Origin: Vicugna vicugna
Taxonomy: Eukaryota
Reading direction: 5' to 3'
Length of the DNA: 64,000 nt
NCBI GenBank assembly: GCA_013265495.1
Contig: MU057711.1
Location: 744,001 to 808,000, forward strand
Part shown: positions 61,701 through 64,000 of the stretch, piece after piece
Layout: every line of letters begins with the position of its first letter
Position numbering within the stretch: the stretch's first letter is position 1
Translations under genes and position numbers: made by a program
Notes under the pieces: model-generated
The model's input: the letters and a program-made list of their open reading frames with translations, nothing else
Databases searched by the model: none
What the model was told of the DNA's origin: nothing

Positions 61701-64000
61701 CAGTTGTGCCAAGAACCATTTGTTGAAGACTTCTTTTTTCCTGGGATGTTTCCATGGAAAATCAGTTAACTATAAGTGTAAGGGTTTATTTCTGGACTTC
61801 CAACCATTCCATTGATCTGTATTTCTTTGCTTACTCCAGTATCACATGGTCTTGATTACTGTGGTTTTTGTAGAAATTATTGGAGTTGGAAAGTGTGAAT
61901 CCTCCAGATTTGTTCTTCTTTGTAAAGATTGTTCAGCCATTCTTGGTCTTTTGTATTTCCATATGAGTTTTAGGATCAGCTTGTCACTTTGTACAGAAAA
62001 GCCAGCTAGGATTTTGATAGGGATTACACTCAATCTGTAGATCACTTTGGTGAGTACTGCCATATTAATAATGTTAATTCTTCCATTCTATGAACTTGGG
62101 GGTCCTGTTTATTTAGGTCTTCTTTAATTTCTTTCAACTATGTTTTGTGGTTTTTGAGTATATAAGTCTTGCAATTCTTTTGCTAAACTTGTTCTTAAAT
62201 GTTTTATTCCTTTTGATACTATTGGAAATTGAATTATTTTCTGCATTTCTTCTTTGAATCGTTCATTCTTTATATAAAAAAATTACAGAAGGCAGGGGTT
62301 ATAGCTCAGTGGTGTGCATGCTTAGCATGCACAAGGTCCTGGGTTCAATCCCAGTACCTCTATTAACTAAAAATAAAAAAATAAACTAAATAAAAGCTAA
62401 AAAAAAAATAAGAAATACAAATTGATTTCTGTGTATCAGTCTTGTATTCTGCAACCTTTCAGAACTTGTTTATTCTAGTAGTTTTTTTCAGTGGATTCCT
62501 TAGGATTTTATAAGATCATGTTGTCTGCAAATACAGACACTTTTACTTCTTTCCAATCTGGATGCCTTATCGCCCCACCCCCTGGCCAATTGCCTTGGCT
62601 GGAACCTCTAGTACAATGTTGGATAGAAATGGCAGGCTCTATTCAGATCAAATTTATTGGCATACAGTTGTTTATAGTATAGTCTTACTCCTTTTTTATT
62701 TCTGTAAGTTTGATAGTAATGTGACCTGTGTCTTTCTTGATTTTAGTCATTTGAGTGTTCTCCCTAATATTGCTAAATGTTTGTCAGTTTTGTTGAACTA
62801 GTCAAAAAACCAACTTTTGGTTTATTGATTTTCCTAGTTGTTTTACTCTTCACTGTTCCATTTATTTACTCTCTAATTATTCTCTAATCCTTCCTTCTGC
62901 TTGTTTGTGTTCTGTTTGCACTTCTTTTCCTACTTTCTTAAGGTGGAAGGTTAGGTTATTGATTTGAAATTTAATATAAGCATTTCGGCTATCAATATAT
63001 TTATAAGCACTACTTTAGCTGCATCTCATAAATTCTAGTAACATATTTTAGTTTTTTTTTATTCATCTCAAAATATTTTCCAGTTTCCCTTACAATTTCT
63101 TTTTGATTCTTCTGTTATTTAGGGGTTAATTTCATGTTTTATGAATTTCCAGATTTTCTTTTTATTCATTTCTAATTTGATCACATTGTGATTGGAGATT
63201 ATAGTTTCTATGATTGCAGGCCTTTGAACAATAGACGTTTGTTTAAGGCTTGCTTATGGTCTTTGCTGGAGATTGTTATATGTGCCCTTGACAATAATGT
63301 GTATACTGCTGCTGTTGGGTGGGTTGTTCTCTAGGTTTTGTTATGTCTAATTGGTTTATAGTATTGTTCACGTCTGCACTGGTCTGTTGAAGACCTATCT
63401 TCAAGTTCATTGATTCTTTCTTCTGCCAGCTAAAATTGCTCTTTAGCCCATCTAGTGAATTTTTCATTTAAATTACTATATTTTTCAACTTTTAATTTCT
63501 ATTTGCATCTTTTTTATGATTCCTGTCTCTTTATTGGTATTCTGTATTTCTTAGAACATCATTCTTATAGTTTCCTGCGGTTCTTTGATTTCCTTTAGTT
63601 TTGTTTTTTAATTGTGGTAAAATAAACATAACATAAAATTGGCCGTCTTAACTATTTTAAAGTATACAGTTCAGTAGTGATAGATATAGTCACATTTTTA
63701 TGTAACAAACCTCTAGAACTTTTCCATCTTGCAAAACTGAAACTCTGTGCTAATTAAATGCAACTGTGTTTCTTCCTTCTTCAGCCCCTGCCACCTATTA
63801 TTCTCCTTTCTGTTTCTGTAAGTTTAACTAATCTATATGCCTTATATAAGTGGAATCATACAATATTTGTCTTTTTACAACTGATTTATTTCATTTTGCA
63901 CAGTATCTTGAAGGTTCACCCATATTGTAGCAGTTCTGTTTTAAGTATATTTTTAATAGCTGATTTTAAATCTTTGTCTAAGAAGTCTAACATCTGGGCT
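58715..64000 (-). mobile_element. Nested cluster of decayed L1 fragments (mostly antisense; a sense ORF1-like piece at about 58840-59180)
   Basis: Minus-strand translation KVIYRLSVIPIKI...DKLILKLIWKYKRPRMA resembles L1 ORF2; KNSLDGLKS resembles ORF1; several L1 3' ends; many stops. Confidence 0.88.
62291..62410 (+). mobile_element. tRNA-derived SINE inserted in L1
   Basis: tatagctcagtgg...gggttcaatcccagtacctc plus A tail, interrupting L1 ORF2-like sequence. Confidence 0.83.

Noticed and set aside
52752..64000. LONP2 exon 9 or a nested gene
   Set aside because: No Lon-like peptide seen; the region is dominated by decayed L1 and is consistent with a long intron 8.

Overview
Mammalian genomic DNA, most likely camelid (about 11 copies of a tRNA-Ala-derived SINE resembling Vic-1). 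It holds the 5' ends of two head-to-head genes. ABCC11/MRP8 lies on the minus strand with five coding exons (ATG at 14889, running off the left edge). LONP2 (peroxisomal Lon protease) lies on the plus strand with coding exons 1-8 (ATG at 21585 in a CpG island, running off the right edge). All 13 exons join in frame and have canonical splice sites except the LONP2 exon 2 donor, which reads CAG|ATGAGT instead of GT. The rest is intronic or intergenic DNA rich in L1 fragments, SINEs, solo LTRs and old DNA transposons, and most ORF-track entries are spurious. I found no convincing new biological system. The best leads are the aberrant LONP2 donor, a tailless tRNA-Cys half-retrocopy with a 17-bp TSD, a cryptic donor and 6-aa deletion in an ABCC11 exon, candidate antisense or LTR-derived ABCC11 5' exons, a 127-bp tandem duplication upstream of LONP2 and a twin-primed inverted L1. 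Repeat family names and human comparisons come from memory, not from searches.
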